Shown here: in pieces, positions 1 through 9,271 of the stretch
Numbering within the stretch: the stretch's first letter is position 1
Layout of the letters: every line of letters starts with the position of its first letter
The notes under the pieces: generated by a model
The model's database searches: none
Seen by the model: only the letters and a program-made list of their open reading frames with translations
What the model was told of the DNA's origin: nothing
Made by a program: the position numbers and the translations under genes
NCBI RefSeq assembly: GCF_002413825.1
Contig: NZ_DHXT01000043.1
Span: 1-46,550 of the forward strand
Reading direction: 5' to 3'
DNA from: Rhodoferax sp. UBA5149
GTDB taxonomy: Bacteria > Pseudomonadota > Gammaproteobacteria > Burkholderiales > Burkholderiaceae_C
DNA: 46,550 bases

Positions 1-168
1 GATCAAGCCATGGCCCGGGAAGTACTTCGTGTCTTGCAAAACCCCGCTATTGCCGCGAGTCTGCGGCAGGCGGGGTTGGTCGAGGCAGAGAAATATGCTT
101 GGCCGCAGGTACGCGCCAAGTGGCTGGATGCCTATATCCGGTCTGCTACGCCAGGGAGGGCGCTATGA
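1..168 (+). CDS. Glycosyltransferase (GT4-like), C-terminal fragment, truncated by window edge
   Basis: Frame 1 open from base 1: DQAMAREVLRVLQNPAIAASLRQAGLVEAEKYAWPQVRAKWLDAY, typical GT-B C-terminal helices; TGA overlaps the next ATG (ATGA). Confidence 0.7.
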   Translation, partial: DQAMAREVLRVLQNPAIAASLRQAGLVEAEKYAWPQVRAKWLDAYIRSATPGRAL

Positions 169-1544
169 GTCTCTATACCGCACTATGTTCGAACTTATTC
201 TTCCCGCTCCATGAACGCCTCAAAGGCCATGAATCCGTGGCCTTGCGCAAGCGCCTGGAGGAAAGTCAGTGGTGGCCCGCTGAACAACTCGAGACTTACC
301 GTGCCAAGAGATTGCAAGAGTTCCTGGTCGATATCGGACAGCGTGTTCCCTACTACCAACAGTTGTTCAAACAACTCAATTTCGCGCCGAACACGGTCCG
401 CTCGACCGCCGCATTGCAACTGTTGCCATTGCTCGCTAAATCAGACATCCGGGAAAATGTTGAAAAGCTGAAAGCCGAAGGCCATGGCCCATTGACACGT
501 TACAACACCGGTGGTTCTTCCGGAGAACCCCTTGTTTTTTACATGGGCAAGGCGCGCAAATGCCACGACGTTGCTGCCAAGTGGCGCGCCACCCGCTGGT
601 GGGGCGTTGATATTGGCGACTCTGAACTGGTCGTGTGGGGTAGCCCGATGGAGATTGGTGCACAAGACCGCGTCAGGCGCCTGCGTGATGCACTGCTGCG
701 AAGCCGCTTGTTGCCAGCTTTTGAGATGTCGCCTCAAAATTTGGACCGGTTTGTGGAGACGATCCGCGTTACCCGTCCTTCCATGCTGTTTGGCTATCCA
801 TCAAGTCTTTCTCTTATTGCACAGCACGCACGGCGAAAAAGCGTCGCCATGAATAATCTGGGGATCAAGGTTGCATTCGTCACCTCCGAGAAGCTTTATG
901 ACGAGCAACGAGCGATCATCAGCGAGGTATTTGCTTGCCCGGTGGCTAACGGCTACGGTGCTCGCGACGCAGGGTTCATCGCACACCAGTGCCTTGAGGG
1001 TAGTTTTCATATCAGCGCCGAAGACATCATTGTGGAAACAGTGCGTTCAGACGGCTCTCCTGCGGCCGCAGGGGAGGCTGGCGAGATTGTCGTCACACAC
1101 ATGGCAACTGTGGACTTTCCTTTCGTGCGCTATCGCACCGGTGATATGGGGGTTTTGGACGACAAGCCATGCGCGTGTGGCCGTGGCTTGCCCGTTCTGA
1201 AAGAAGTGCAGGGACGCACGACCGACTTTGTTGTGGCCCGCGATGGCACGATCATGCACGGTCTGGCATTGATCTACACAGTGCGGGACGTGCCGGGCGT
1301 TGAACGTTTCAAAATTGAGCAGTTGTCGCTGGATCAAACAATCGTCAAGGTCGTGGCTGGACCAGCCTTTGGCGCAGCAGAAGAGGCGCGCATCATCCGC
1401 GACTTCAAAGCCCGGTTGGGTGAAGCCGTTGATATTCGCGTCGAAAGGGTGAGTGACATTGCCAATGAATCCTCAGGCAAGTTCCGCTATGTTGTGAGCC
1501 AGGTCAGGACTGTTGGAAATAGCAAGGAGGGAAAAAGTGCGTGA
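165..1544 (+). CDS. Phenylacetate-CoA ligase family / CapK-like adenylate-forming enzyme
   Basis: NTGGSSGEP P-loop, GYPSSL, NGYGARD, RYRTGD, CACGR, GRTTD, SGKFR motifs; start placed at the ATGA overlap. Confidence 0.85.
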   Translation: MSLYTALCSNLFFPLHERLKGHESVALRKRLEESQWWPAEQLETYRAKRLQEFLVDIGQRVPYYQQLFKQLNFAPNTVRSTAALQLLPLLAKSDIRENVEKLKAEGHGPLTRYNTGGSSGEPLVFYMGKARKCHDVAAKWRATRWWGVDIGDSELVVWGSPMEIGAQDRVRRLRDALLRSRLLPAFEMSPQNLDRFVETIRVTRPSMLFGYPSSLSLIAQHARRKSVAMNNLGIKVAFVTSEKLYDEQRAIISEVFACPVANGYGARDAGFIAHQCLEGSFHISAEDIIVETVRSDGSPAAAGEAGEIVVTHMATVDFPFVRYRTGDMGVLDDKPCACGRGLPVLKEVQGRTTDFVVARDGTIMHGLALIYTVRDVPGVERFKIEQLSLDQTIVKVVAGPAFGAAEEARIIRDFKARLGEAVDIRVERVSDIANESSGKFRYVVSQVRTVGNSKEGKSA

Positions 1545-2847
1545 TTTACTGATGCTGGGAATTGTTCTGGGCGCGTTGCCGTTTGCCCTGCGGCACACCT
1601 GGATGGGCGTGTTGTTGTGGACCTGGATCAGCATCATGAACCCCCACAAGCTGGCGTGGGGTTTCGCCCAAAACGCGCCGTGGGCAGCCGTAGTAGGCGG
1701 CGTCACGATTCTTTCTCTGTTTACTTCCCGGGACAAACTGAATATGCCGTGGGAACCTCCGGTCAAAGTCCTGTTTGCGTTTGTCATCTGGATGTGCGTG
1801 ACCACAGCATTCGCTATGTACCCCTCGATCTCTTTCGAGCATCTCACCAAGGTATTGAAGATACAGCTGATGACGGTCATAGCACTTGCTGCCTTGCGTG
1901 AGCGCAAGCACATTGAACTTTTTATCTGGGTGAATATTCTTTCAATTGGCTTCTATGGTTTAAAAGGTGGCCTTTTCACCCTCAGGGGCGGTGGTGCGGA
2001 GCGGGTATGGGGGCCGCCCGGTGGTTTTATTGAAGGAAACAACGAGCTCGCTGTGGCGATCGTCATGGTGATCCCGCTGATAAATTATTTGAGGGTAGTC
2101 GCAACGCGTCCGTGGATTCGCCACGGATTGTTGGCGCTCATGCTGCTGTGTGCAGTTTCGGTCTTCGGATCACAGTCCAGAGGGGCGCTGTTGGCTGTTT
2201 CCGCGATGGGCCTGGTTCTATGGTTGCGGTCTGAACGAAAAATAGTGACCGGTTTTTGGGTTGGTGTCATTGCTCTCGCCTTGCTTGCCTTTATGCCTGG
2301 CTCGTGGGAGCAACGCATGAACACGATCGGAAGCTATGAGCAGGACCACTCGGCGATGGGGCGAGTTGATGCATGGAAGATGACTATCAACTTGGCCAAC
2401 CGAAACTTCTTTGGTGGGGGTTTTGAAATTTACAGGCCCGACATCTACGCCATATTCGCACCCGATTCACCGCAGCACCAGGGGGCCCACAGTATTTATT
2501 TTTCGGTACTTGGTGAGCATGGTTATGTTGGGCTGATTCTATTTATTGCGATATGGGTGCTGGCATTTCGAACAGCCGGGAAGCTCAGGCAGGATGCGAA
2601 AAAGCGGGCCGAGTCACTATGGCTTCACCACTTGGCCGGTATGTGCCAAGTGTCGCTTGTTGGCTATTTGGTCGGTGGCTCTTTTTTGGCCTTGGCCTAC
2701 TTTGACCTGCCCTATAACGTTCTCGTCGTGCTGGTGGTCTCTTTGCGCTGGTTACAGGAAAAAAGATGGGAGAGCGAACCACAAGGGGCTTTTGGTGCGG
2801 CAACGGCCTCGAGTTCAATTCCGACGATCGTCCGGAAAAGGGCATAA
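1537..2847 (+). CDS. Putative O-glycosylation ligase / Wzy-like polymerase, exosortase A-associated (TIGR03097-like)
   Basis: Multi-TM protein; MNPHKLAWGF, GPPGGFIEGNNELA, SRGA, AHSIYFSVLGEHGYVG motifs; GTG start overlapping the upstream stop. Confidence 0.85.
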   Translation: MRDLLMLGIVLGALPFALRHTWMGVLLWTWISIMNPHKLAWGFAQNAPWAAVVGGVTILSLFTSRDKLNMPWEPPVKVLFAFVIWMCVTTAFAMYPSISFEHLTKVLKIQLMTVIALAALRERKHIELFIWVNILSIGFYGLKGGLFTLRGGGAERVWGPPGGFIEGNNELAVAIVMVIPLINYLRVVATRPWIRHGLLALMLLCAVSVFGSQSRGALLAVSAMGLVLWLRSERKIVTGFWVGVIALALLAFMPGSWEQRMNTIGSYEQDHSAMGRVDAWKMTINLANRNFFGGGFEIYRPDIYAIFAPDSPQHQGAHSIYFSVLGEHGYVGLILFIAIWVLAFRTAGKLRQDAKKRAESLWLHHLAGMCQVSLVGYLVGGSFLALAYFDLPYNVLVVLVVSLRWLQEKRWESEPQGAFGAATASSSIPTIVRKRA

Positions 2848-2849
2848 CA

Positions 2850-3812
2850 ATGGTTATGAAAGGTCTCTTTGGCGCGCTATCTCCCGGTGGACCGAGGGCC
2901 CGCCTGCCCATTTTTGTATTTCACCGCGTGTTGGCGCAACAAGACCCGTTGTTTCCCGGCGAGCCTGATGCCCGCCACTTCGACGAAATTATGGGTTGGG
3001 TGGCCAAATGGTTTCAAGTACTTCCGCTGGACACGGCGGTCATGCAGCTTCGCGCCGGTACGCTGCCTGCACGTGCTGCCGCTATTACATTTGATGATGG
3101 TTACGCGGATAACGCCACCAACGCACTGCCGATACTGCGGCGACATGGCTTGCATGCCACCTTCTTTGTGGCCACATCGTTCCTGGATGGCGGGCGGATG
3201 TGGAATGACACACTTATAGAAACAATACGGGCTTGTGAAGTGGACGCACTGGACTTAAGCGGTGCAGGTTTTGGGCACTTCAAGCTGACGTCTGCCGTAG
3301 ACAGACGTCTTGCCATTGAGTCCTTGCTGGGGCGCGTCAAGCATCTTCAGCCGGACCAGCGGAGTGAAGCGGTAACACAGGTGCAAAGAGCAGTGCCGAT
3401 TGCTTTGCCTGACGACTTGATGATGACGTCCGGACAAGTCATTCAGTTGCGCGATGCAGGTATGCAAATTGGTGCGCACACCTGCAACCATCCCATTCTG
3501 GCGAACTTGACTGACAGCGAGGCCATGGCAGAGATAGCGGACAGCAAGATGGCACTTGAATCATTGTTAAATGAACCGGTTTCCTTGTTCGCTTACCCCA
3601 ACGGTAAGCCGGGCACGGACTACTGTGGAAAACACGCCGAGATGGTCCGCCAAGCCGGCTTTGCCGCAGCGGTATCGACGGCCTCAGGCGTGTCATCGGC
3701 GGCCACAGATGTCTTTCAGTTGCCACGCTTCACGCCGTGGGACCGGACGCGGCTGCGGTATGGCATTCGGTTGATGCTCAATCTGCGCGCCGCGGCGCCG
3801 CAGGTGGCGTAG
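2850..3812 (+). CDS. Polysaccharide deacetylase (CE4/NodB)
   Basis: FHRV, ITFDDGYADN, GAHTCNHP, FAYPNG, LPR motifs. Confidence 0.9.
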   Translation: MVMKGLFGALSPGGPRARLPIFVFHRVLAQQDPLFPGEPDARHFDEIMGWVAKWFQVLPLDTAVMQLRAGTLPARAAAITFDDGYADNATNALPILRRHGLHATFFVATSFLDGGRMWNDTLIETIRACEVDALDLSGAGFGHFKLTSAVDRRLAIESLLGRVKHLQPDQRSEAVTQVQRAVPIALPDDLMMTSGQVIQLRDAGMQIGAHTCNHPILANLTDSEAMAEIADSKMALESLLNEPVSLFAYPNGKPGTDYCGKHAEMVRQAGFAAAVSTASGVSSAATDVFQLPRFTPWDRTRLRYGIRLMLNLRAAAPQVA

Positions 3813-3871
3813 CGGATCAATCGGCTTGGCCGCCAAGGACCATTGTTGATGTTGAAAAAGGAGAGTTCGTG

Positions 3872-5359
3872 ATGTTGAATAGATTGAGTCACCTGCTGGT
3901 CTTGGTTGGCTGTCTTGCCTGTGGTTCAGCCGCGATCGCGGTATCGGACGCTTTTGTACTCGGTGACGGCGTGGCTGGGCCGACCTGTGCGAACTACACG
4001 AGCATGGGTCCTATGGCATGGAGCCGTGCTGGCGGTGACTGGGTCGATGCCGCGGGAAAGCTATATGGCGACCATCCTTTTGCCACGCAGTCAGTGCCAC
4101 CGGGCACAGGGCGCCAGGCGGAAGACTGGGACGTTACCGAGCTGGTTCGGGCTTGGCTTGACGGGCGTTATCCCAATGCCGGTATGCTGCTGCGGGTCAA
4201 GCCGGGGGTCAAAAACGGCGTGGTGGATTTTCACAGTCGAGAGTCGCCAGATCCAAGCGTTCGTCCAGTGCTCAAGTTGCAGTGGTCGGACGGCTCGCAG
4301 AGCAGGCTGTCTCCCGCTGCAGATACGTTTCTCGACTGCACCTCGCTGTCCAGTCTGGGCGAAAAACCGAGTATGAAAGTGAGTGGTTCACAAAGTGCGC
4401 TGTTGCGATTTGAACTGAAAAGAACGGAGGCGCGGCTGCAGCAGGCGGTTCTCTATCTCGTCTCAGACATACGGTATGCGAGTAACACTCAGATTGGAGT
4501 CTACCGCGTTGCCCCGCCTTACGCGCGGATGTCAGGCGATGTTGTGATGGGCTTGGCGAAAGACTACGCTCAAGATGTGGGCGTTGAAAAAAACCCTGAT
4601 GTTGTGTTTGCAACGGGCTTCGAAAGCCCGGTCTGGCTCACCGAGTGGGGTTATTTTGGTCCGCGAAGTACAGCCGAGGCGATTGCCGAAGACGCTGCCA
4701 GACGATTTGAGCCGCTTTCTGGGCGGGCATTGCGCGTTCGTCTGGTTAAGGGACAAAACCTCGGCCTCGATTTGCGCTACCTGTTTGCCAAAGGGGGCAA
4801 GCCTGAGCCAGAGGAAATCTATTTCCGGTACTACCTGCGGTTCGCCGATGACTGGAACCCGTACGCTGACGGTGGCAAGATGCCTGGCATTGCCGGAACC
4901 TATGACCGCGCTGGGTGGGGCATGCGCAAGTCGGACGGGTACAACGGTTGGTCTGTGCGCGGCGGTTTTGCGCCCCGACCACCTGTGGACAAGTCTGTGG
5001 CCCGCCTGACTGCCATGGGCTCCTACGCCTATCACGCAGATGCGGCGGGCGTGTCCGGAGAGTACTGGGGCTGGAATGAAGGCCCGTCAGGCCTGCTGGA
5101 AAACAATCGCTGGTATTCAGTGGAGCAATATGTCAAGCTGAATACTCCTGGTGCCCGCGACGGCATATTTCGGGCCTGGATAGACGGTCGCCAGGTGCTG
5201 GAAAAAACGACAATTCTGTTTCGCCACACGCGCGATTTGAAAATTGAGAATGTCTGGATGAATATCTACCATGGAGGTACGACGCCCGCGCCCCAAGATA
5301 TGACGCTGTACATTGACAACGTGGTGATCGCCCGACGCTACGTTGGCCCGATCAAATGA
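3872..5359 (+). CDS. Secreted protein: DNRLRE-like domain plus PL14-like polysaccharide lyase domain
   Basis: AAGGAG upstream; signal peptide; WDVTELV...FHSRE...RPVL; C-terminal YFRYYLRF..DW...GGKMPG, DGIFRAWIDG, YHGG, YIDNVVI. Confidence 0.7.
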   Translation: MLNRLSHLLVLVGCLACGSAAIAVSDAFVLGDGVAGPTCANYTSMGPMAWSRAGGDWVDAAGKLYGDHPFATQSVPPGTGRQAEDWDVTELVRAWLDGRYPNAGMLLRVKPGVKNGVVDFHSRESPDPSVRPVLKLQWSDGSQSRLSPAADTFLDCTSLSSLGEKPSMKVSGSQSALLRFELKRTEARLQQAVLYLVSDIRYASNTQIGVYRVAPPYARMSGDVVMGLAKDYAQDVGVEKNPDVVFATGFESPVWLTEWGYFGPRSTAEAIAEDAARRFEPLSGRALRVRLVKGQNLGLDLRYLFAKGGKPEPEEIYFRYYLRFADDWNPYADGGKMPGIAGTYDRAGWGMRKSDGYNGWSVRGGFAPRPPVDKSVARLTAMGSYAYHADAAGVSGEYWGWNEGPSGLLENNRWYSVEQYVKLNTPGARDGIFRAWIDGRQVLEKTTILFRHTRDLKIENVWMNIYHGGTTPAPQDMTLYIDNVVIARRYVGPIK

Positions 5360-5389
5360 TGACCCGTACAACGGTGAGAGTGCAATTGC

Positions 5390-7660
5390 GTGGAAATTAG
5401 CCTTAGCCCAGGCAAAGCGCGCGGTGTGGCCGGTGCCCCTGTGCGAGCCAGGTTTCTTTATTTTCTCTGGCGATGGACGCTTCCCCTCGCGCTTGTGTCT
5501 GCTGTATGGATGCCGGATTTTTTGCACTATCGAATTGATCGTAGGCCAGTCTCTCAGGCGGCGCTACAAGCCTGCGCACAGGCACCTGCTTCCGCTGTTT
5601 TGGATGAGATATCCGGCATGGCACTGGGTGCACGGCTCGGCATTCCAGATGGAAAAGTCATTGGGGTCGCCGAACAAATACTGGCGGGAACTATCCCCGT
5701 GCGCGGCTTCCTGGAAGCGCCTTTGGCCCTGCAAGGCTATCCAATAGACTATCAACGTGGGCCGCCATCGCTCCAGCTTGCCATGGCCAGCCTGGAGGTT
5801 GAACGTGTCTTGCTCAGTGCCTTCGAGCAAACGCATAGCCGGCGTTTTCTGGATTTGGCAGCCAGTCGCGTCCTCGATTTTGCAGCGCATGAGGCTGGGC
5901 AAAGACACGGGGAGGGGTTTCTGTGGAACGATCATGCGGTGTCGGGCCGAATCTCCGTATTGATAAAGCTGTGGCGACTGGTGCGCGAAAGTCCTGACTT
6001 CCCAGTTTCGTCGTCCCGTCAGATACTTTCGCTGGTTGAACGTAGCGGTCGTCTGCTGGCAAAACCAGGTCAATTCACGGTCAGAACCAATCATGGCGTG
6101 GCACAAAATCTCGCACTTCTGCAGATTGCTGCTGCATTTCCGGCGTTTCCTGAATCCGACGCGTGGCGCAGTCTCGCGCTGGAAAGGCTGATGGTCCAAC
6201 TGCCTTTTTATGTCTCGCGGGAAGGTGTCGTCCTCGAACACTCGGCCGGTTATCAATTGTTTGGCGCTGAATTGCTGGCCATGGCGGGCCGTCTCAGCGC
6301 ACTTAACGGCCTGGTGCCTGCGCCATCGCTTGTTGATGCCGCACGAAATTCGCGTCTGGTGCTGGCTGTCATGATGCGCCCGGATGGAACTCTTCCACTA
6401 CTCGGTAATACTGGCAGCGGCGGTGGCAACGCAAGGCTAACAAGCCAGAGCACCGGCATCGCCCCCATTCGACACTTGTTGCCACCCCATCCAGACCCAG
6501 TGATTGGAAACAGCTTGTTTCCAGCGGCGGGCTACGCGATCTGGTGGCGAGCCAATGAATTGAAGCAGCTTTCCCAAACACTCATAGCCTGGGCCAAACA
6601 CGATGGACATGGCCACAAGCACGCGGATGAAGGATCGGTTCTTCTCTGGTCTGGCGGCGTCGATTGGCTCACCAATACGGGCTACTGGCCTTATGGGGAG
6701 CGCAATGAGAAGGCAGCCTACTCCTGGACTGGCTCCAATGCACCTCATCAACCGGGGGAAGAGTTTTCTATCCCACGTTCTGTCCAACTGCTGAAAACTG
6801 GTAACGCATCGGGGGTCAGCTTCATTGAAGTCCAGCGGCGCAATCTCGACGGTGCGCAGTTTCGACGTCAGGTTTTGCAGATCGATAGTCAGACCTGGCT
6901 GGTTCTGGATTTCTCCCAGGACGTCCCAAAGGGTACGGAAATGATCTGGACAGTTGACCCCGTACTTCGATTATTGCCAGGCGCGACGACGCATAGTTTT
7001 ATCAGTACTCCGATATCCGATGGACGGCATTTGACGATCAGTTACGCGACCCAAAGCGTGGCCAAGCTTCAAATTCGCCGTGGTTCTGTGCGACCGTTTG
7101 CGGGCTGGGTGGTTGTTAATGGCAGGCCCACGCCGGCGGATGCTCTGCAAATTGTTGATCCGGCAGCCAATTCGGCCAACGCCATTCTGTTTCGGGTTGC
7201 GTCAAGCTCAAGCGGCACCACACAAAAAATATCGATGGAAATGGGGGCAACGGCAGACCACTGGGCAGTCTTGCTGGAGGGGGCAGGGGAACCCAGGCGA
7301 ATCACCAGAAACGACACGACGATCACGATTGGCAACGTAGTGACCGGGCCAAGTCTTGCCGGTGCTTCCTTGCTTGTGCCGTTGCGACCTGCGCCAGACA
7401 TCGCCACCGAGCAGGCGGCCCTGAAGAGCGCCTATGCGAGTGCCATCAGTAGCTATCCGCCTTGGCGGGAACTGTCGCGCTACAGACTTCGGCTGTCTTA
7501 TGCGCTGGCTATCCTGGCACTATTCGTTGAGGTGGGGTGGTTTGCCATGTCAAAACAGGTCGGCGTCATAACGACGCGCCAGTCTTTGCACGCCCACATG
7601 GGGATCACGCTGGGTTGGGCGGCCATTGCTGTGTGGACATTTCAGTTCTATTTAAGGTGA
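5390..7660 (+). CDS. Heparinase II/III family protein, membrane-anchored
   Basis: WNDHA, TNHG, EHSAGYQ, PDGTLPLLGN, GHKHAD, TGYWPY motifs; one N-terminal and two C-terminal hydrophobic helices; start approximate. Confidence 0.75.
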   Translation: MEISLSPGKARGVAGAPVRARFLYFLWRWTLPLALVSAVWMPDFLHYRIDRRPVSQAALQACAQAPASAVLDEISGMALGARLGIPDGKVIGVAEQILAGTIPVRGFLEAPLALQGYPIDYQRGPPSLQLAMASLEVERVLLSAFEQTHSRRFLDLAASRVLDFAAHEAGQRHGEGFLWNDHAVSGRISVLIKLWRLVRESPDFPVSSSRQILSLVERSGRLLAKPGQFTVRTNHGVAQNLALLQIAAAFPAFPESDAWRSLALERLMVQLPFYVSREGVVLEHSAGYQLFGAELLAMAGRLSALNGLVPAPSLVDAARNSRLVLAVMMRPDGTLPLLGNTGSGGGNARLTSQSTGIAPIRHLLPPHPDPVIGNSLFPAAGYAIWWRANELKQLSQTLIAWAKHDGHGHKHADEGSVLLWSGGVDWLTNTGYWPYGERNEKAAYSWTGSNAPHQPGEEFSIPRSVQLLKTGNASGVSFIEVQRRNLDGAQFRRQVLQIDSQTWLVLDFSQDVPKGTEMIWTVDPVLRLLPGATTHSFISTPISDGRHLTISYATQSVAKLQIRRGSVRPFAGWVVVNGRPTPADALQIVDPAANSANAILFRVASSSSGTTQKISMEMGATADHWAVLLEGAGEPRRITRNDTTITIGNVVTGPSLAGASLLVPLRPAPDIATEQAALKSAYASAISSYPPWRELSRYRLRLSYALAILALFVEVGWFAMSKQVGVITTRQSLHAHMGITLGWAAIAVWTFQFYLR

Positions 7661-7726
7661 CCACCCTTTTGGTTTTGGGGTGGGCGCCCGTGTTAACTTC
7701 AAATGCTACTAACCTGGGACTCTAAA

Positions 7727-9055
7727 ATGCAAGAAGTGACGGAGTGTTGCCACCACGCTGAACCCTCGACCATAAACGGCACATCGCCCAATCGGAGAGG
7801 ATTCCTGCAGTCTGCCGCGACGGCTGCGGGTTCTGTGGCCTTGTTGACTGGTGCTGGCATCGCGGCTGATCGCGTACGGGCCGCGTCGGCGTCGATCCCT
7901 GGCTGGGTACCCGCCAGCGGTGGCACCGCCAAGGCGGTTGCAACGGCGAATACCTTTCTTTCGCAGAATGGGAGACTCGTCGGCTGGGAGTACGCCTTTG
8001 GGAAGATCATTGACGACTACTCAGGGGGTGTCTTCAATCCGTACTGGGGTCCATTGGGCGCGATGGTGTTCCACGGTGGGGGGCATGCGGCCACGTTCGA
8101 TAACAGTGTTGTGATACTCGATTTCAACGACGTGACCTTCAAGCGCTTGTCGATTCCGACGCCCAGCAACAAAGGCGAAAACTGGATTTCAACGACCGGG
8201 TTGGCGCAGAAAGTCGATTCCGCGTTCAATTCATCCTATTGCGAATATGGTGATGGCCAGCCCGGTTCGGGTCACACTTATGACACGCTCGCCATATTGC
8301 CCCCCGCCGATGGCGGGGCTCCTTTGGGGTCATTGATCCGCGTTTCCAGCTTTGCCGTTCATGTCAATTTGTCGCGCAGCACAGGCTGGGCCCATCGATT
8401 TGATTTTCAATCCATGGCGATGCGCAATGGCAAGTGGGTGCGCTGGTCGGTGAATGGGCCGACCAATTATTTGTTTCCCGGGGCCTGCTCCGCGTACGAT
8501 TCGCGTCGCAAGCGGTTTTGGTGGATGGCTGCTCTGTCGTACCTCCCGCCGATGATCCGTTACCTTGACGTCGCAACGCAACAGCAACTGGAAACACCCT
8601 ATGCGCGTACGGCACGATTGGCCCCTGCGGCGGACTCAGGTAGCATGACCCTGCGATACGACCCGGTGCGCGACATTCTTGTTTTGACATGCACCTTGGG
8701 CGGCAAACTGGTGCTCGCCTTTCTTCGTTGTGCATCGCCTGAAATGGGTTGGGTGGTGCCCCCCTTGTCGGCGAGCATTCCAGCGCAGTCCGGTGCATCA
8801 CACGCATTCGATTTTGTACCCGAAGCAGACAAGTTTGTGTTGCTCACGGGTGCCGACAACTCGGCGCTCTATGACATCAGGGCTCCGCAGGATCCAACGC
8901 TCGTATGGACCGTGACACGCCGACCACTGGTCGGTGTTGCAATTGCGACCGCCCACATTGCCGGAAAGCGATGGAGCTACGCGCCGGCGGTCAAGTCGTT
9001 TGTTTGGATGGCGAGTAGTTCGTCCGGCGTCATCGCGTACCGTCCGTTCGTGTGA
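7727..9055 (+). CDS. Tat-exported hypothetical protein (probably beta-rich/propeller)
   Basis: NRRGFLQ twin-arginine motif plus hydrophobic stretch and AxA; GGGH and HTYD motifs shared with the next gene; start approximate. Confidence 0.7.
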   Translation: MQEVTECCHHAEPSTINGTSPNRRGFLQSAATAAGSVALLTGAGIAADRVRAASASIPGWVPASGGTAKAVATANTFLSQNGRLVGWEYAFGKIIDDYSGGVFNPYWGPLGAMVFHGGGHAATFDNSVVILDFNDVTFKRLSIPTPSNKGENWISTTGLAQKVDSAFNSSYCEYGDGQPGSGHTYDTLAILPPADGGAPLGSLIRVSSFAVHVNLSRSTGWAHRFDFQSMAMRNGKWVRWSVNGPTNYLFPGACSAYDSRRKRFWWMAALSYLPPMIRYLDVATQQQLETPYARTARLAPAADSGSMTLRYDPVRDILVLTCTLGGKLVLAFLRCASPEMGWVVPPLSASIPAQSGASHAFDFVPEADKFVLLTGADNSALYDIRAPQDPTLVWTVTRRPLVGVAIATAHIAGKRWSYAPAVKSFVWMASSSSGVIAYRPFV

Positions 9056-9087
9056 ACGTCTGCCGTCGCATATCTTCCGCGTCGCCC

Positions 9088-9183
9088 CGTAGGAAAAGTT
9101 TACAGATCAGCCGCAGCGCGCAGGTCGAACATCGCTAACCCCTTGTTTCAATTGGCTTCGGGATAGTGCGCACGAAAATTGCG
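9088..9183 (+). promoter_or_regulatory. Putative enhancer box + IHF site + degenerate sigma54 promoter
   Basis: CGTAGGAAAAGTTTACA (9088-9104); IHF-like TAACCCCTTGTTT (9136-9148); CG-CACGAAAATT-GC (9169-9182) with CG instead of GG at -24. Confidence 0.5.
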
Positions 9184-9271
9184 TACTGCGTGATGGTCCA
9201 CCACAAAACGGCCATCGCTCATGAATCAGTTCTCCCCAATCTCTTGGTGCTGTCAGGCGGCATTTCAAAAA

